From positions 160,001 to 224,000 of the forward strand of contig JBFWJC010000003.1 in assembly GCA_050253415.1 (NCBI GenBank): 64,000 nucleotides of DNA, read 5' to 3'. The notes beneath the pieces were generated by a model. It worked only from the letters and a program-made list of their open reading frames with translations, was not told the origin of the DNA and ran no database searches. This document shows, one piece after another, positions 30,609-40,981 of the stretch. Both the position numbers and the translations under genes were made by a program. How positions within the stretch are numbered: the first letter of the stretch is position 1; each line of letters begins with the position of its first letter. The DNA comes from Pedobacter sp. GTDB lineage: Bacteria; Desulfobacterota; Desulfuromonadia; Desulfuromonadales; Syntrophotaleaceae.

Positions 30609-31913
30609 ATGTCCCAATTAAAAGAAGCGCTGTTCAGGAAAATTGAGGAGCAACGCCCGCGAATCACTCGCTTACTCAAAGATTACGGGCAGGTTACCCT
30701 TGACCATGTGTCCATTGCCCAGGCCATAGGCGGAGTGCGGGGGGTGAAATGTCTGGTTACCGATATTTCCTATCTCGATCCGGAAGAGGGAGTCAGGTTT
30801 CGCGGTAAGACTATTCGGGAAACCTTTGACGCCTTACCCAAGGTACCCGGTTCGGAATATCCGTATGTTGAAGGGTTTTGGTATTTTTTACTTACCGGTG
30901 AAGTTCCGACTCTTGAGCAGACTCTGGAGGTTGTTGCCGATTTCCAGTCTCGGAGGCAGGTTCCGCAATATGTTTTCGACGCGTTGCGCGCCATGCCGCG
31001 CGATCTTCATCCCATGGCCATGTTGTCGGCGGCTATTGTGGTTATGCAGCGCGAGTCGATTTTTGCCACACGCTACAACGAGGGTATGGGTAAAGGTGAT
31101 TTCTGGGACCCCATGTACGAAGATTCGTGTAATCTTCTCGCCAAGCTGCCCGCCATTGCGGCCTTCATTTATCGTTTGAAATATAAAGGCGATACCCCGA
31201 TTCCTTCCGATCCTACCCTTGATTTCGGGGCGGATTTTGCCCACATGATGGGGATCGCTGCTCCCTACGATGATGTGGCACGCATGTATTTTATCCTTCA
31301 TTCCGATCATGAATCGGGTAACGTGTCGGCGCATACCACGCGTTTGGTAGCATCAGCACTGGCCGATGCTTATTACAGCCTCTCGGCTGGTGTGAATGGG
31401 TTGTCCGGTCCTTTGCATGGTCTGGCCAACCAGGAAGTTTTGCGCTGGATTCAAGGGAAAATGGAAAAACTCGGCGGCACGCTTCCTACCGAAGAGGAGC
31501 TGGAGCGCTACTTGTGGGATACGCTGAACAGCGGGCAGGTTATTCCCGGTTATGGTCACGCTGTTTTGCGGCGCACCGATCCACGCTTTACCGCTCAGAT
31601 GGAGTTTTGTGAAAAAAATCTTCCCGACGATGACCTGTTCAAGCTGGTTAAGATGATCTACAAAGTGGCCCCCAAAGTTCTCCAGGCCCATGGTAAAGCC
31701 CGCAACCCCTGGCCAAATGTCGATGCCCAGTCCGGTGTTATTCAGTGGCACTATGGGATTACCCAATACGATTATTACACCGTACTGTTTGCCGTTGGCA
31801 GGGCGATCGGCGTATTGGCAAATATAACCTGGGACAGGGCGCTGGGCTTTCCGCTGGAACGCCCCAAATCCATAACACTGGACATGATGGAGAATGCCGC
31901 AGGGATAAAGTGA
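30609..31913 (+). CDS. gltA: Citrate (Si)-synthase, eukaryote-like type
   Basis: GGVRGVK.LV...S.LDP.EG.RFRG, HSDHESGNVSAH, GPLHGLANQEV, PGYGHAVLR.TDPR, NPWPNVDA.SG, ERPKS. Confidence 0.95.
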   Translation: MSQLKEALFRKIEEQRPRITRLLKDYGQVTLDHVSIAQAIGGVRGVKCLVTDISYLDPEEGVRFRGKTIRETFDALPKVPGSEYPYVEGFWYFLLTGEVPTLEQTLEVVADFQSRRQVPQYVFDALRAMPRDLHPMAMLSAAIVVMQRESIFATRYNEGMGKGDFWDPMYEDSCNLLAKLPAIAAFIYRLKYKGDTPIPSDPTLDFGADFAHMMGIAAPYDDVARMYFILHSDHESGNVSAHTTRLVASALADAYYSLSAGVNGLSGPLHGLANQEVLRWIQGKMEKLGGTLPTEEELERYLWDTLNSGQVIPGYGHAVLRRTDPRFTAQMEFCEKNLPDDDLFKLVKMIYKVAPKVLQAHGKARNPWPNVDAQSGVIQWHYGITQYDYYTVLFAVGRAIGVLANITWDRALGFPLERPKSITLDMMENAAGIK

Positions 31914-31970
31914 CGCGTCATTTTAGAACCCGTAGCAGGGTTGTCCGTTTCACATGGGTAAAGTGATGAA

Positions 31971-32014
31971 AAACGGGTCTCTTCGCATTCAGGAGGAGAT
32001 CCGTTTGTTTTTTT
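31971..32014 (+). terminator. Intrinsic terminator after gltA
   Basis: AAACGGGTCTCTTC...GAGGAGATCCGTTT followed by a T tract. Confidence 0.7.
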
Positions 32015-32116
32015 ATCGTTTTTTCTGACCCGTCGAAGAAGTATGGCGCGGCTTGAGTGGACTGCATGACGCTTGTAAATTAAGTTAGCGGGGCACGGAA
32101 TTTTACGAAAGGAAAG

Positions 32117-34102
32117 GTGGAGTCAATTATGGATGGTTTTACAAATGATTTTACATACATCAGGTGTCTTACCAAAGATGATCAAAAGAAAATAAATAAA
32201 ATTCCGTTTTTGAATATTGATTCCATTCTCATTCCTTCCCCATTTATTAAAGATAAAACTCTCGATATCGATTATGAACATAGTTATGTTTGGGATGAAG
32301 AAGGAGAATTCCTTGGCTATATCCTCGTGTATTCCAATCCAGAAAAAACTAAGTTTCAAGTATATAAGCAGGTTACCAGTCCTTTTGGGCGTGGGAAAGG
32401 CATAGGTTCGGCTTTTATAAGAAAACTTGCTCAGGATGTCAACGAAGGGTCGTATATATATTTATTTGTATGGGAAAAGCTAGTAAGTACTATTGAGTTC
32501 TTTTATAGTAATGGCTTCAATCTTGAAGAGTCAACAGTTTATCAAAAGATGCGTTTTTATCTAATGTCTGCCACAGCTAAAGCAGTATTAGACAAAAGCT
32601 TTTCATTGAAAACAAAAGATGTAACGGTTCTTGAAGAATTAAGCAAGGTTAGGCATGACGCGAAAAAGTCACTAAAAGTATTGTCAGATATGGTCTCTAT
32701 AATGTCGGTTGATAATTTTAATCAAATTATCGAAGATATAAATAGAGAAAATACGGCATTACTTAATACTCTTAGTATGTATGAAGATAAAATAAAAGCT
32801 TCTCACGAAGTAAATATTAAGGAGATTTTGACTAACAGGGTTATCCCTTTTGTTGAAGCAGCGCATGTTCCTTGCCAGATACGATTGATTCTAAGTGCCG
32901 ATATACCACCCGTTATCGGCAGTTACATGGATTACAGCAGGGCACTTATCAACCTTGTTTCCAATTCGATAGATGCGATTGAAGAAGCAGGAAGAGAAGG
33001 CCTTATTCAGATAATGATTACACGCAAACAAGGCAAGGTGGTTCTTATTATTCAGGATAACGGTGTAGGGATCAGTCCCGATCGGTTGCAGGTAGACAAT
33101 AAAAAATTGCCGGTGTTTGTTGGTCAAACGACAAAACAGGAAAAAGCTGGAGAGGGGATCGGAACCCGGCAGATTTTTTCAACGTTCGGGGCGGGTAATA
33201 TCAAGATCGAAAGTCGTCAGCACAAATTCACCCGCTGGACCATTACGTTAAATATCAGCACCAAGAAAAAAACCGACCAATTGGGCCTGCTTGAAACACG
33301 ATTCATTGAATTTATGAAGTCTACTGAGACAGTAGACCTCGATACACATAGCAGCAGAACCGAAGTCGCCTCTGTCATCTGGCAACTGCGGGAAATGGAG
33401 ATTTTCAGTTATGATTTGATCCAATCCTTCAGCGCGTATAACAACGTTAGAGACATTTATCGACTTGTGCTGACGTATCGGTACGGTAACACCAGTTTCA
33501 GGCAAATGAAGGATGAGCTGGATAAATGCCGTATCGACCATGAAATCATCCGTTATTGGCTACTTGGCATGTTGAATCGTATCAAGCAAAACGAAAGCTT
33601 CCTTCTTAATTCTTTTGATTTTCAGATGTATAAAGGCATTTATTTTAAAAGTTACGGTCAGGCCATCAAAAAAACCATTATATTCACCCTCGATCCGGAG
33701 TCTGGTAATTTTTATGCGGCAGATAGGCGTCTTGCTGAACATCTGGATTTTGTCCCCTATTTAAAACGCCAAAGGGATCAGCTGATTCGGGGGGAATTCA
33801 AGGGAGACGTTAAAAACCTGGAAAGCCCCATTATGCTCGGGGTCTGGAACACCGCCGACAAAGAGGATCTTTACGACAAAATCGAGATGCTGCAAAAGGG
33901 CTGCAGACAGTTGCTGGAGATGGATATAAAACCTGAAAAATCCATATCCTTTTATCATGTGACGAGAAACCTGAGCAGTTTCGATTTCGATCCGTTCAAG
34001 GTCATCACCCTGGGAGAGATGCTTAAATTGAAACGAAAGGATTTTGATCAACTGATCACCAGCACAGATGACGATTTTGACGGTTTGGTCTTCACGGATT
34101 AA
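32117..34102 (+). CDS. GNAT acetyltransferase - histidine kinase-like (HisKA/HATPase) fusion with unknown C-terminal domain
   Basis: AcCoA motif GRGKGIGS and FFYSNGF; His in VRHDAKK (H180); N box LINLVSNSIDA, G1 IQDNGVGI, G2 GEGIGT; about 280 aa unrecognised tail. Confidence 0.75.
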   Translation: MESIMDGFTNDFTYIRCLTKDDQKKINKIPFLNIDSILIPSPFIKDKTLDIDYEHSYVWDEEGEFLGYILVYSNPEKTKFQVYKQVTSPFGRGKGIGSAFIRKLAQDVNEGSYIYLFVWEKLVSTIEFFYSNGFNLEESTVYQKMRFYLMSATAKAVLDKSFSLKTKDVTVLEELSKVRHDAKKSLKVLSDMVSIMSVDNFNQIIEDINRENTALLNTLSMYEDKIKASHEVNIKEILTNRVIPFVEAAHVPCQIRLILSADIPPVIGSYMDYSRALINLVSNSIDAIEEAGREGLIQIMITRKQGKVVLIIQDNGVGISPDRLQVDNKKLPVFVGQTTKQEKAGEGIGTRQIFSTFGAGNIKIESRQHKFTRWTITLNISTKKKTDQLGLLETRFIEFMKSTETVDLDTHSSRTEVASVIWQLREMEIFSYDLIQSFSAYNNVRDIYRLVLTYRYGNTSFRQMKDELDKCRIDHEIIRYWLLGMLNRIKQNESFLLNSFDFQMYKGIYFKSYGQAIKKTIIFTLDPESGNFYAADRRLAEHLDFVPYLKRQRDQLIRGEFKGDVKNLESPIMLGVWNTADKEDLYDKIEMLQKGCRQLLEMDIKPEKSISFYHVTRNLSSFDFDPFKVITLGEMLKLKRKDFDQLITSTDDDFDGLVFTD

Positions 34103-34148
34103 GTTGTGGGCAGGATTTCCTGTATCTGGTCTTAATTCTACGGTCAGA

Positions 34149-34934
34149 CTATTTGATGAGACGTTTGCGCATGCCACGTAACGCTAGAGGGTATGTGATC
34201 AGGAAAAACACCACCAGGTAAGCAAGGCTCCCTAACAGGGGTAGTTCGAGCCTGGCCAATGCACAGGCACGAACCAGTATGGTCAGGTGGGTCAGCGGGA
34301 AAATCTGCGCCAGCCATTGGGCCCATGTGGGTAGGTTTTGCAGGGGGAAGAAGGTGCCGCTGAACAGAAACATTGGGGTGATAAAGAGAAAGATCGGCAG
34401 GTTGAAGGTTTCGATATTCGGTACCAGACCTGTGAAAACCATCCCGATAGCGGCAAAGGCTAATCCCCCCAGGGCAGCCAAAGGCAGAAGGAGCAGTCCT
34501 TCCGGGTAATGGACCAGTCCCCACAGGCTGATGACGCTTTGCATGAGCAGGGCAGCAATTCCCGCTTTCGTGGCGGCCCAGGCGATCTCTCCGCTGATGA
34601 TTTCTTCGAGGGTCAAAGGTGTGGCGAGCATGGCATCGAAGGTTTTTTGGTAGTACATGCGTACAAACGAGGCGTAGCTCGTTTCAAAAAAGGCATTATA
34701 CATGATGGTAATGGCCAGCAGGGCCGGGGCGATAAACGGTAGATACGCGATGTCCTGGCCACGGTAAGAAAAACTGCTTACCAGGCTGCTCAGTCCGATG
34801 CCGAAAGCAGCCAGATAAAACAACGGCTCCAGCAGCGGTGGCAGAAAGCTGATCTTCCAGGTATGGCGATAGACGCTGAAGTTACGCTGCCAGACGCGCA
34901 CCCAGCGTGAGCTGATGGTGAAATCCCCTATCAT
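34149..34934 (-). CDS. ABC-2 permease (NodJ-like)
   Basis: LEPLFYL.AFG.GL, QKTFDAML.TPL, PMFLFSGTFFP, PLTH. Confidence 0.85.
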   Translation of the reverse strand: MIGDFTISSRWVRVWQRNFSVYRHTWKISFLPPLLEPLFYLAAFGIGLSSLVSSFSYRGQDIAYLPFIAPALLAITIMYNAFFETSYASFVRMYYQKTFDAMLATPLTLEEIISGEIAWAATKAGIAALLMQSVISLWGLVHYPEGLLLLPLAALGGLAFAAIGMVFTGLVPNIETFNLPIFLFITPMFLFSGTFFPLQNLPTWAQWLAQIFPLTHLTILVRACALARLELPLLGSLAYLVVFFLITYPLALRGMRKRLIK

Positions 34935-35842
34935 TCGCGCAGCTCCCTTCCGGTCAAATGAAGAAAAACATCTTCAAGGGTGGCCGGTCTTAAGGTGCAT
35001 CGGCGACCCCCGAAGATTTTAGTTAGTGTCGTAAACAGATCGGCATCGGCCTGGTTGTGGATAACCAGCCTCTGACCGAGAATTTCAAAGTGCAGTCCTC
35101 GGTTTTCCAGGTAGGAAAGCAATTCCGGGTCTGGCGGAGAAACCTCGATTACCTCACGGCCCACATAGTGCCGGATCAGTTCTTGTGGGCGGCCTTCGAG
35201 CAGAATGCGGCCCTGGTTCATGATGACCAGGCGGTCGCAAAGCCGGGAAGCTTCTTCCATATAATGGGTGGTCAGCAGGATGGTCAGGCCGCCGTTTTTT
35301 AACTCTTCCAAACGCTCCCAGACCTGGTGCCGGGACTGGGGGTCGAGACCGGTGGTTGGTTCATCGAGGATCAGCAGGTCGGGGTTGTTGATCAGTGACC
35401 GCGCCAGCACAAGCCTTCTTTTCATGCCGCCGGATAATTCCCTGATATTGGTTTTGGCGCGATTATCCAGCGCAAAGAAATTCAGCAACCGGTCGGTGGT
35501 TTGTCGGGCATCGGCGGTGGAAAGGTTGAAATAGCGGGCGTAGGTTAGAAGGTTGTCGCGTACGCTCAGGTCCGGATCCAGGTTGTCTTCCTGTTGGCAT
35601 ACCCCGATTCGGTTTTTAACGGTCCGCCAGTCATTGGTTATTAACTGGTCAAACAGATGTAACTCGCCGTCGCTTGCCGGACTATAGCCGTACAACATGC
35701 GAATGGTGCTGGTTTTTCCAGCGCCATTAGGGCCGAGTAGCCCGAAGCACTCGGCTTTTTGCACCGTGAAAGAAATGCCGTCCACAGCGGTGAAGTCGCC
35801 GAAGGTTTTTCTCAGATTTTTGACTGCGATAATGCTTGGCAT
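34931..35842 (-). CDS. ABC-2 ATP-binding protein (NodI-like)
   Basis: GLLGPNGAGKT, Q.DNLDPDL, LSGGMKRRL, DEPTTGLDPQSR, TTHYMEEA, ATLEDVFL.LTGR. Confidence 0.88.
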   Translation of the reverse strand: MPSIIAVKNLRKTFGDFTAVDGISFTVQKAECFGLLGPNGAGKTSTIRMLYGYSPASDGELHLFDQLITNDWRTVKNRIGVCQQEDNLDPDLSVRDNLLTYARYFNLSTADARQTTDRLLNFFALDNRAKTNIRELSGGMKRRLVLARSLINNPDLLILDEPTTGLDPQSRHQVWERLEELKNGGLTILLTTHYMEEASRLCDRLVIMNQGRILLEGRPQELIRHYVGREVIEVSPPDPELLSYLENRGLHFEILGQRLVIHNQADADLFTTLTKIFGGRRCTLRPATLEDVFLHLTGRELRE

Positions 35843-36042
35843 GACACCCTTTTCCCGGTCAGGATGAAGTTTAAACAATAACCGTATTAACGTAACATAA
35901 TGCCATGTAACCGCCAAGGTTCATTATCGGAATGGCATTTCTTTATAATAATACTTTTCTCCGGCAGTGCTTTCGTGGCAGTATTGCGCGATGTTGATAC
36001 CGTTTCCCGTTTATTTTTAACCCGATTGTACTGAGAAGGTCG

Positions 36043-36687
36043 ATGGAAGATATTGCACGGCTGATAACCGGTTTCAGGCGTTTTCAAAAAGTCTATTTTC
36101 GCGGTGATAACGAACTGTTTGATGAACTCAAGGGTGGACAGAATCCAAACACTCTGGTCATCGGCTGCTGTGATTCCCGGGTCGATCCTGCGATCCTTAC
36201 GGACAGCGCTCCGGGTGAATTATTTGTAGTGCGCAATGTTGGCAACCTGGTCCCCCCTTATGAACCGGATGCGGGCCATCACGGTATCAGTGCGGCTCTG
36301 GAGTATGCCGTATGTGGGTTGGGGGTTCAACATGTCATCGTCCTGGGACATTCCCAGTGCGGCGGCATAGCCTATCTGATGAAGAATGATGGTGTAGGCC
36401 AGAGCGAATTTATCGGACATTGGGTGGGGATGGTTTCTGCGGCAAAGCAGGAGGTTGATGACCGACTGCCCGGTAAACCTGCAGAAGTGAGGCAGCGCGC
36501 TTGTGAACAGGCGGCGATCCTTCTGTCGCTCGATAATTTACTTACTTTTCCCTGGCTGCGTGAAAGAGCTGAAAGGGGAGAGCTGTTTCTCCACGGGTGG
36601 TATTTTGACCTGGTGAGTGGAGAATTGTTGAGCTATTCTCCGGATGACGGTGCCTTTAGGCCCCTGGTCCGACGTGCGAAGGCCTAG
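36043..36687 (+). CDS. Beta-class carbonic anhydrase
   Basis: GQ.P, CCDSRV, PGELFVVRNVGN, GHSQCGG. Confidence 0.93.
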   Translation: MEDIARLITGFRRFQKVYFRGDNELFDELKGGQNPNTLVIGCCDSRVDPAILTDSAPGELFVVRNVGNLVPPYEPDAGHHGISAALEYAVCGLGVQHVIVLGHSQCGGIAYLMKNDGVGQSEFIGHWVGMVSAAKQEVDDRLPGKPAEVRQRACEQAAILLSLDNLLTFPWLRERAERGELFLHGWYFDLVSGELLSYSPDDGAFRPLVRRAKA

Positions 36688-37352
36688 TGTCCTCGAGCCT
36701 GGATGATATAGCCTTGGAATATAAGGGGGTATTGGAAACAGTCGATGCGTGGTTCGCCCGTTGCAAGGTCGAGGCTGATACGCACATCCGCTGCGATAAA
36801 GGATGCTCCGCGTGTTGCAGGGGACTGTTTGATATCACCCTGCTCGATGCTTATTTGCTTCATCTGGGATTTTTACAGCTGCCGGAGTCCCTTCGCTGTC
36901 AGGTGTCTGTCAAGGCTCAAGACAGACTGCGCCAATTACAGCGGCAATGGCCCGATTTTACTCATCCCTACCTGCTTAATGCCATGCCGGATCATGTCTG
37001 GACCGAGATGCCCGAGGATGATGAGATTCCTTGTCCTTTGCTTGGCGCAGACGGTTCCTGCCTGGTGTATGCATGGAGGCCGCTTGTTTGCCGCCAGCAT
37101 GGTCTGCCCAATATCGACCTGTCCGGTACGCGCTTTTCCGAATTATACTGCAGTTTGAATTTCGCAGGAGTGGACCCCCTTGCCATGCCGCAGATTCGCG
37201 GGGAGTTCCAGAAACTTTTCGAGCAGGAAATGGCGCTGTTCGGCGCCTTCACATCGGCGCTGTTCGGCGCTCCCATCAATGAAGCGGATACTTTCATCCC
37301 CACGGCTTTGCTCATCGACTTTTCCAGGATCTCATCTCCCCCCAAAGCCTAA
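36687..37352 (+). CDS. YkgJ-family cysteine cluster protein
   Basis: CDKGCSACC and CPLL....C.VY..RPLVCR.HG. Confidence 0.8.
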   Translation: MSSSLDDIALEYKGVLETVDAWFARCKVEADTHIRCDKGCSACCRGLFDITLLDAYLLHLGFLQLPESLRCQVSVKAQDRLRQLQRQWPDFTHPYLLNAMPDHVWTEMPEDDEIPCPLLGADGSCLVYAWRPLVCRQHGLPNIDLSGTRFSELYCSLNFAGVDPLAMPQIRGEFQKLFEQEMALFGAFTSALFGAPINEADTFIPTALLIDFSRISSPPKA

Positions 37353-37410
37353 GCCCTGGTTGTCTGGTACAGTTAACAGAGGATAGTCCCTGTGTGCCGG
37401 AGAGCATTCC

Positions 37411-38496
37411 ATGGCGCTACGCATGCCTTTTCGATATCTGGAACCGACCTTTTTTGCCGGTCTGCTGGATGACCCGGTGTTGTGGGTGAGGGTACGCCCA
37501 TGGGGGCGAGCTCTGTTATTTGACTGTGGTCAGCTACATCATCTGGCGAAGCGAACACTGAAGTCTTTGGCCGCGCTGTTTGTCACGCATGCCCATATGG
37601 ATCATTTTATGGGATTTGATACTCTGGTCAGGCACGTATTGGTCTCGCCCCGGGTTTTTGATGTTTTCGGACCTCCCGGTCTGGCCGACAAAATCGAGCA
37701 TAAGCTGTCAGCCTACGATTGGAATCTCAATGAGCACTTCTGGTGTACGTTTCGCGTGCATGAAATTTTTTCAAATCGCATCCAGAGGTGGCTGTTTCCC
37801 GGCCCCTATCGTTTTAAAAGGCAACCTGATGGCAGCTGTGAGCGCATCGATCGGATCGTTTATAGCAATCAGTGGGTGAGGGTGGAGGCACAACAGGTTG
37901 ACCACCACATACCGGTGCTTCTGTATCGTATTACCGAACAGCCGACATTTAGTCTGGATGCCGATCGACTTGCTGTCGCAGGTTTGGCTGGCGGACCCTG
38001 GATTAAGCAGTTGAAGCGCCAATTTCACAAGGGGTTGTTGGGTGAAGAGGCTTTGCCGGTAATGCGAACCCATGGCAAGAAGGAGAATCTGCAGGAGATT
38101 GTGGATACGCGCAGATTGTATGAGGCCATCCGCAAGCGTGTGATCCCATCATCTATTGGCTATATGACGGATCTTGGTTATTCCGGAAAGAATGAGACAG
38201 CGGTTATCGATCTGCTGCAAGGGGTTACTCTGTTGGTAGGGGAGTGCGCTTTCCTGGCAGATCATGTGGAGAAAGCCCGCCGTTCCCGTCATCTGTGCAC
38301 GCTGGATATGAATCTTTTATTGCAAAAATTACGGCCTGCCTTTTACCTGCCTGTACATCTATCCAAATCCTGTGGGGAAATGAGCCAAAAGCTCTATCAG
38401 GAATTGAAACCGCCGGTCGGAACCACGCTGGTTCACCTGCCGGAGCGATTGCTTCCGCGACCTTTGCTGCCTTGTGAGGTGCGCCTGGGTTCCTAA
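37411..38496 (+). CDS. Ribonuclease Z-like MBL-fold protein
   Basis: LLFDCG, THAHMDH, GP.G, DH, YMTD, ECAF, HL, PVHLS. Confidence 0.7.
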   Translation: MALRMPFRYLEPTFFAGLLDDPVLWVRVRPWGRALLFDCGQLHHLAKRTLKSLAALFVTHAHMDHFMGFDTLVRHVLVSPRVFDVFGPPGLADKIEHKLSAYDWNLNEHFWCTFRVHEIFSNRIQRWLFPGPYRFKRQPDGSCERIDRIVYSNQWVRVEAQQVDHHIPVLLYRITEQPTFSLDADRLAVAGLAGGPWIKQLKRQFHKGLLGEEALPVMRTHGKKENLQEIVDTRRLYEAIRKRVIPSSIGYMTDLGYSGKNETAVIDLLQGVTLLVGECAFLADHVEKARRSRHLCTLDMNLLLQKLRPAFYLPVHLSKSCGEMSQKLYQELKPPVGTTLVHLPERLLPRPLLPCEVRLGS

Positions 38497-38503
38497 GAGG
38501 GAT

Positions 38504-38543
38504 AAAAAAAGCCCCAACCTGAACAATCAGGTTGGGGCTTTTT
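38504..38543. terminator. Bidirectional intrinsic terminator
   Basis: A7-GCCCCAACCTGA-ACAA-TCAGGTTGGGGC-T5 between convergent genes. Confidence 0.9.
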
Positions 38544-38560
38544 GCATAATGCGGGATGGG

Positions 38561-40708
38561 TCAGGAAGAGTAGGTCATATCCATAACCACTTCGGGATCG
38601 CAACCGAGACGCAATGCGCCCCAATGTTTACCGTTGATAAATATCGGCATGGCAAATTCACTCAGAATCGAACCATCATCCCGCTTGTAGGTATGCAGCA
38701 AAACGGGGTCGGTATTCTTGGCAGCGGCAAGGCTGCTCGGATCGTCGTAGATACGCTGATCGCGGCTGTGGACGGCATCGACTTCCGGATCTCCGGTCAG
38801 TGGTTGAGAGCAAAAGCTGTTGTGGGTTGCACCGTATCCGTTGATGTCGACACACAGGGCGAAAACGCCGCCTTTGAGATCATTTACCAGTTTGTCGTAT
38901 ATCGGTTGCAACTCTCTGGTAAAGGCGTCGACGTAGGAGGTCTGGAATTTTTGAGGATTCGTGCCCGGGATCGGTTGGTAATTCCGATCAAAGATATCGA
39001 TGCCCCGCTCGAGCATCTTTTCCATGCTTTTTCGTATTTTGCTGCGGGCTTTGCGAACCTCGTTGACGCAATGTTCACCGTAACCCTTGCCGGTTTTGAA
39101 ACGGGCATTCATGCGTTGCAGATTTTCGGTGATCTGGTAGAGACTTTCGGTCGAATCCTTGGCCTCTTCCATGGTGTCGGATACTTCGCGGCTGATCTGG
39201 TTGATATTGTCGACCTTGCCGTGCACCTCGTTGTTGGCCGCCGAGAGTTCTTCAACCGAAGCAGTAATGCTCTGCAGTTGATCGTCACTCTTTTCCAGGT
39301 CGGAAATCATGGTTTTAAAGCTTTCGCACGACTTGCTTACTGCTACCTGGGTATCTTTGGCGACGTTGCTGATATCCTCTGTCTCGCTGATGCATGTTTC
39401 TATATGAGACAGCATATTGTTGATCTTGCCGGCAATGTCCTCGCTGGCGGCATTGACCTGTTCAGCCAGGGCCTTGACTTCATCGGCAACAATGGCGAAA
39501 CCCTTGCCGGCCTGACCGGCTCTTGCGGCTTCGATGGCAGCATTAAGTGACAGTAAGGACGTTTGTGTTGCGATCGATTTGATCAGTGACACGATCTTTT
39601 TAATGTCTTGGGATTCCGCATCCATTTTGCCGATGGTAATGGTGTAACCGGCAATTTTTTCCGTCATGCTGTTGATGCTGGCATTGGTTTCCATGAGTTC
39701 CTGGAAGGAACTCTGCGCCGTTTCCAGGTTATTGGAGGTTGAAGCGCAAATTTGCTGTGTGTTGTTGGAGATTTCTCCATGGGCGGCAGTGGTTTCCTGG
39801 CTGCTGGCAAAAATATCCTGCGCCAACATCCCCTGCTCGATGGAATTGCGAGCAGATATGTCGACCTGATTGGATACTTTGAGGGTATTGACCGCGATCT
39901 GCACACCCATGGTGCGGATGTTTAAAAACATTTCCCGCACGTTATCAATACACGCGTTAAGGGCATTGGCCATTCGCCCGATTTCGTCTTTACGATCAAG
40001 TTGAAGGCGCAGGCTGAAGTCACCTTTGCCGATTTTTTCCATGATTTCAGCTGATTCATTCAGCGGTCTGGATATGGCACGGGTAACGAAATATACCAGG
40101 GTCATGGATGAGACGATCACGATCAACAGGATGCCAAAGGTGGTATAGAAAAGGTTGGTCAGGACTTGCTCAATATCATCAAGATAGAGACCTGCTCCGA
40201 CAACCCAGTTCCATTCCGGCACCATCTTGACGAAGGAAATCTTGCCAACCGGTTTTGTTGAGCCTTCTTTGTGCCATGCATATTCCAGAAATCCCTCGCC
40301 ATCCTTACGGCAAAGTTCGGTCATTTTCACGAACATGCGCATGCCGTTGGAGTCTTCTTTCGTGGCTAGAGAGGTGCCATTTAGTTCCGGATCAAGAGGG
40401 TGAAGAACCATGCTGGGCTGCATGTCGTTGATCCAGAAATAGTTATCGTTGGCGAAGCGCAGGTCTTGAATGATGGCCTTAGCCTGGTTCTGGGCTTCCT
40501 CGGTGCTCATCCGGCCGGTTTTGGCCATGCGTGCGTAATGTTCAACTTGTCCCCAGGCGGATTCGACCACGTGGTGAATTTCGCTGCGACGTGCCTCCAT
40601 GATGTTGTTGCGAAAATGGATGTAAAGCCACGACGCAACCAAGGTGAAAATCAAGATGATGCTGCCACTGAGCAAAAAAATCTTTGTTGGGATTTTCAGA
40701 TCCTTCAC
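38561..40708 (-). CDS. Methyl-accepting chemotaxis protein (sCache_2, HAMP, signalling domain, extra C-terminal domain)
   Basis: TM - YFWIND...HP..P - TM, HAMP (DEIG.MA), [30 protein letters not shown]. Confidence 0.93.
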   Translation of the reverse strand: MKDLKIPTKIFLLSGSIILIFTLVASWLYIHFRNNIMEARRSEIHHVVESAWGQVEHYARMAKTGRMSTEEAQNQAKAIIQDLRFANDNYFWINDMQPSMVLHPLDPELNGTSLATKEDSNGMRMFVKMTELCRKDGEGFLEYAWHKEGSTKPVGKISFVKMVPEWNWVVGAGLYLDDIEQVLTNLFYTTFGILLIVIVSSMTLVYFVTRAISRPLNESAEIMEKIGKGDFSLRLQLDRKDEIGRMANALNACIDNVREMFLNIRTMGVQIAVNTLKVSNQVDISARNSIEQGMLAQDIFASSQETTAAHGEISNNTQQICASTSNNLETAQSSFQELMETNASINSMTEKIAGYTITIGKMDAESQDIKKIVSLIKSIATQTSLLSLNAAIEAARAGQAGKGFAIVADEVKALAEQVNAASEDIAGKINNMLSHIETCISETEDISNVAKDTQVAVSKSCESFKTMISDLEKSDDQLQSITASVEELSAANNEVHGKVDNINQISREVSDTMEEAKDSTESLYQITENLQRMNARFKTGKGYGEHCVNEVRKARSKIRKSMEKMLERGIDIFDRNYQPIPGTNPQKFQTSYVDAFTRELQPIYDKLVNDLKGGVFALCVDINGYGATHNSFCSQPLTGDPEVDAVHSRDQRIYDDPSSLAAAKNTDPVLLHTYKRDDGSILSEFAMPIFINGKHWGALRLGCDPEVVMDMTYSS

Positions 40709-40953
40709 GAGTTGACCCTCCCTTTATTGGCCTGATAAGCACGAATATGGCGGCCGGATTAAATGATTTTGCAAACTGGAAACTCTGGTTGCAAAGGGTG
40801 TTCGGTGAAACATGGTGCGCAGTGTGCGTTACCGACGCTCGCCTCGGTTTATTTCAGGATGATCCCGCTGTCAGGATACACATTTTAAGGGTAAAACAAT
40901 GTTGCTATTCACGCTTTGTTTTTATGTGGGTACTTTCCTGTTGCTTTACAATC

Positions 40954-40981
40954 TTATCGGACGCATTTGAGAGTTTTTTTA
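40954..40981 (-). promoter_or_regulatory. Putative sigma28 (FliA) promoter for the MCP
   Basis: Minus strand TAAA-N16-TCCGATAA, about 245 nt upstream of the MCP start. Confidence 0.5.

Noticed and set aside
38474..39550. 358-aa plus-strand ORF antisense to the MCP
   Set aside because: Mirror of the MCP coding strand, crosses a bidirectional terminator, no domain signature
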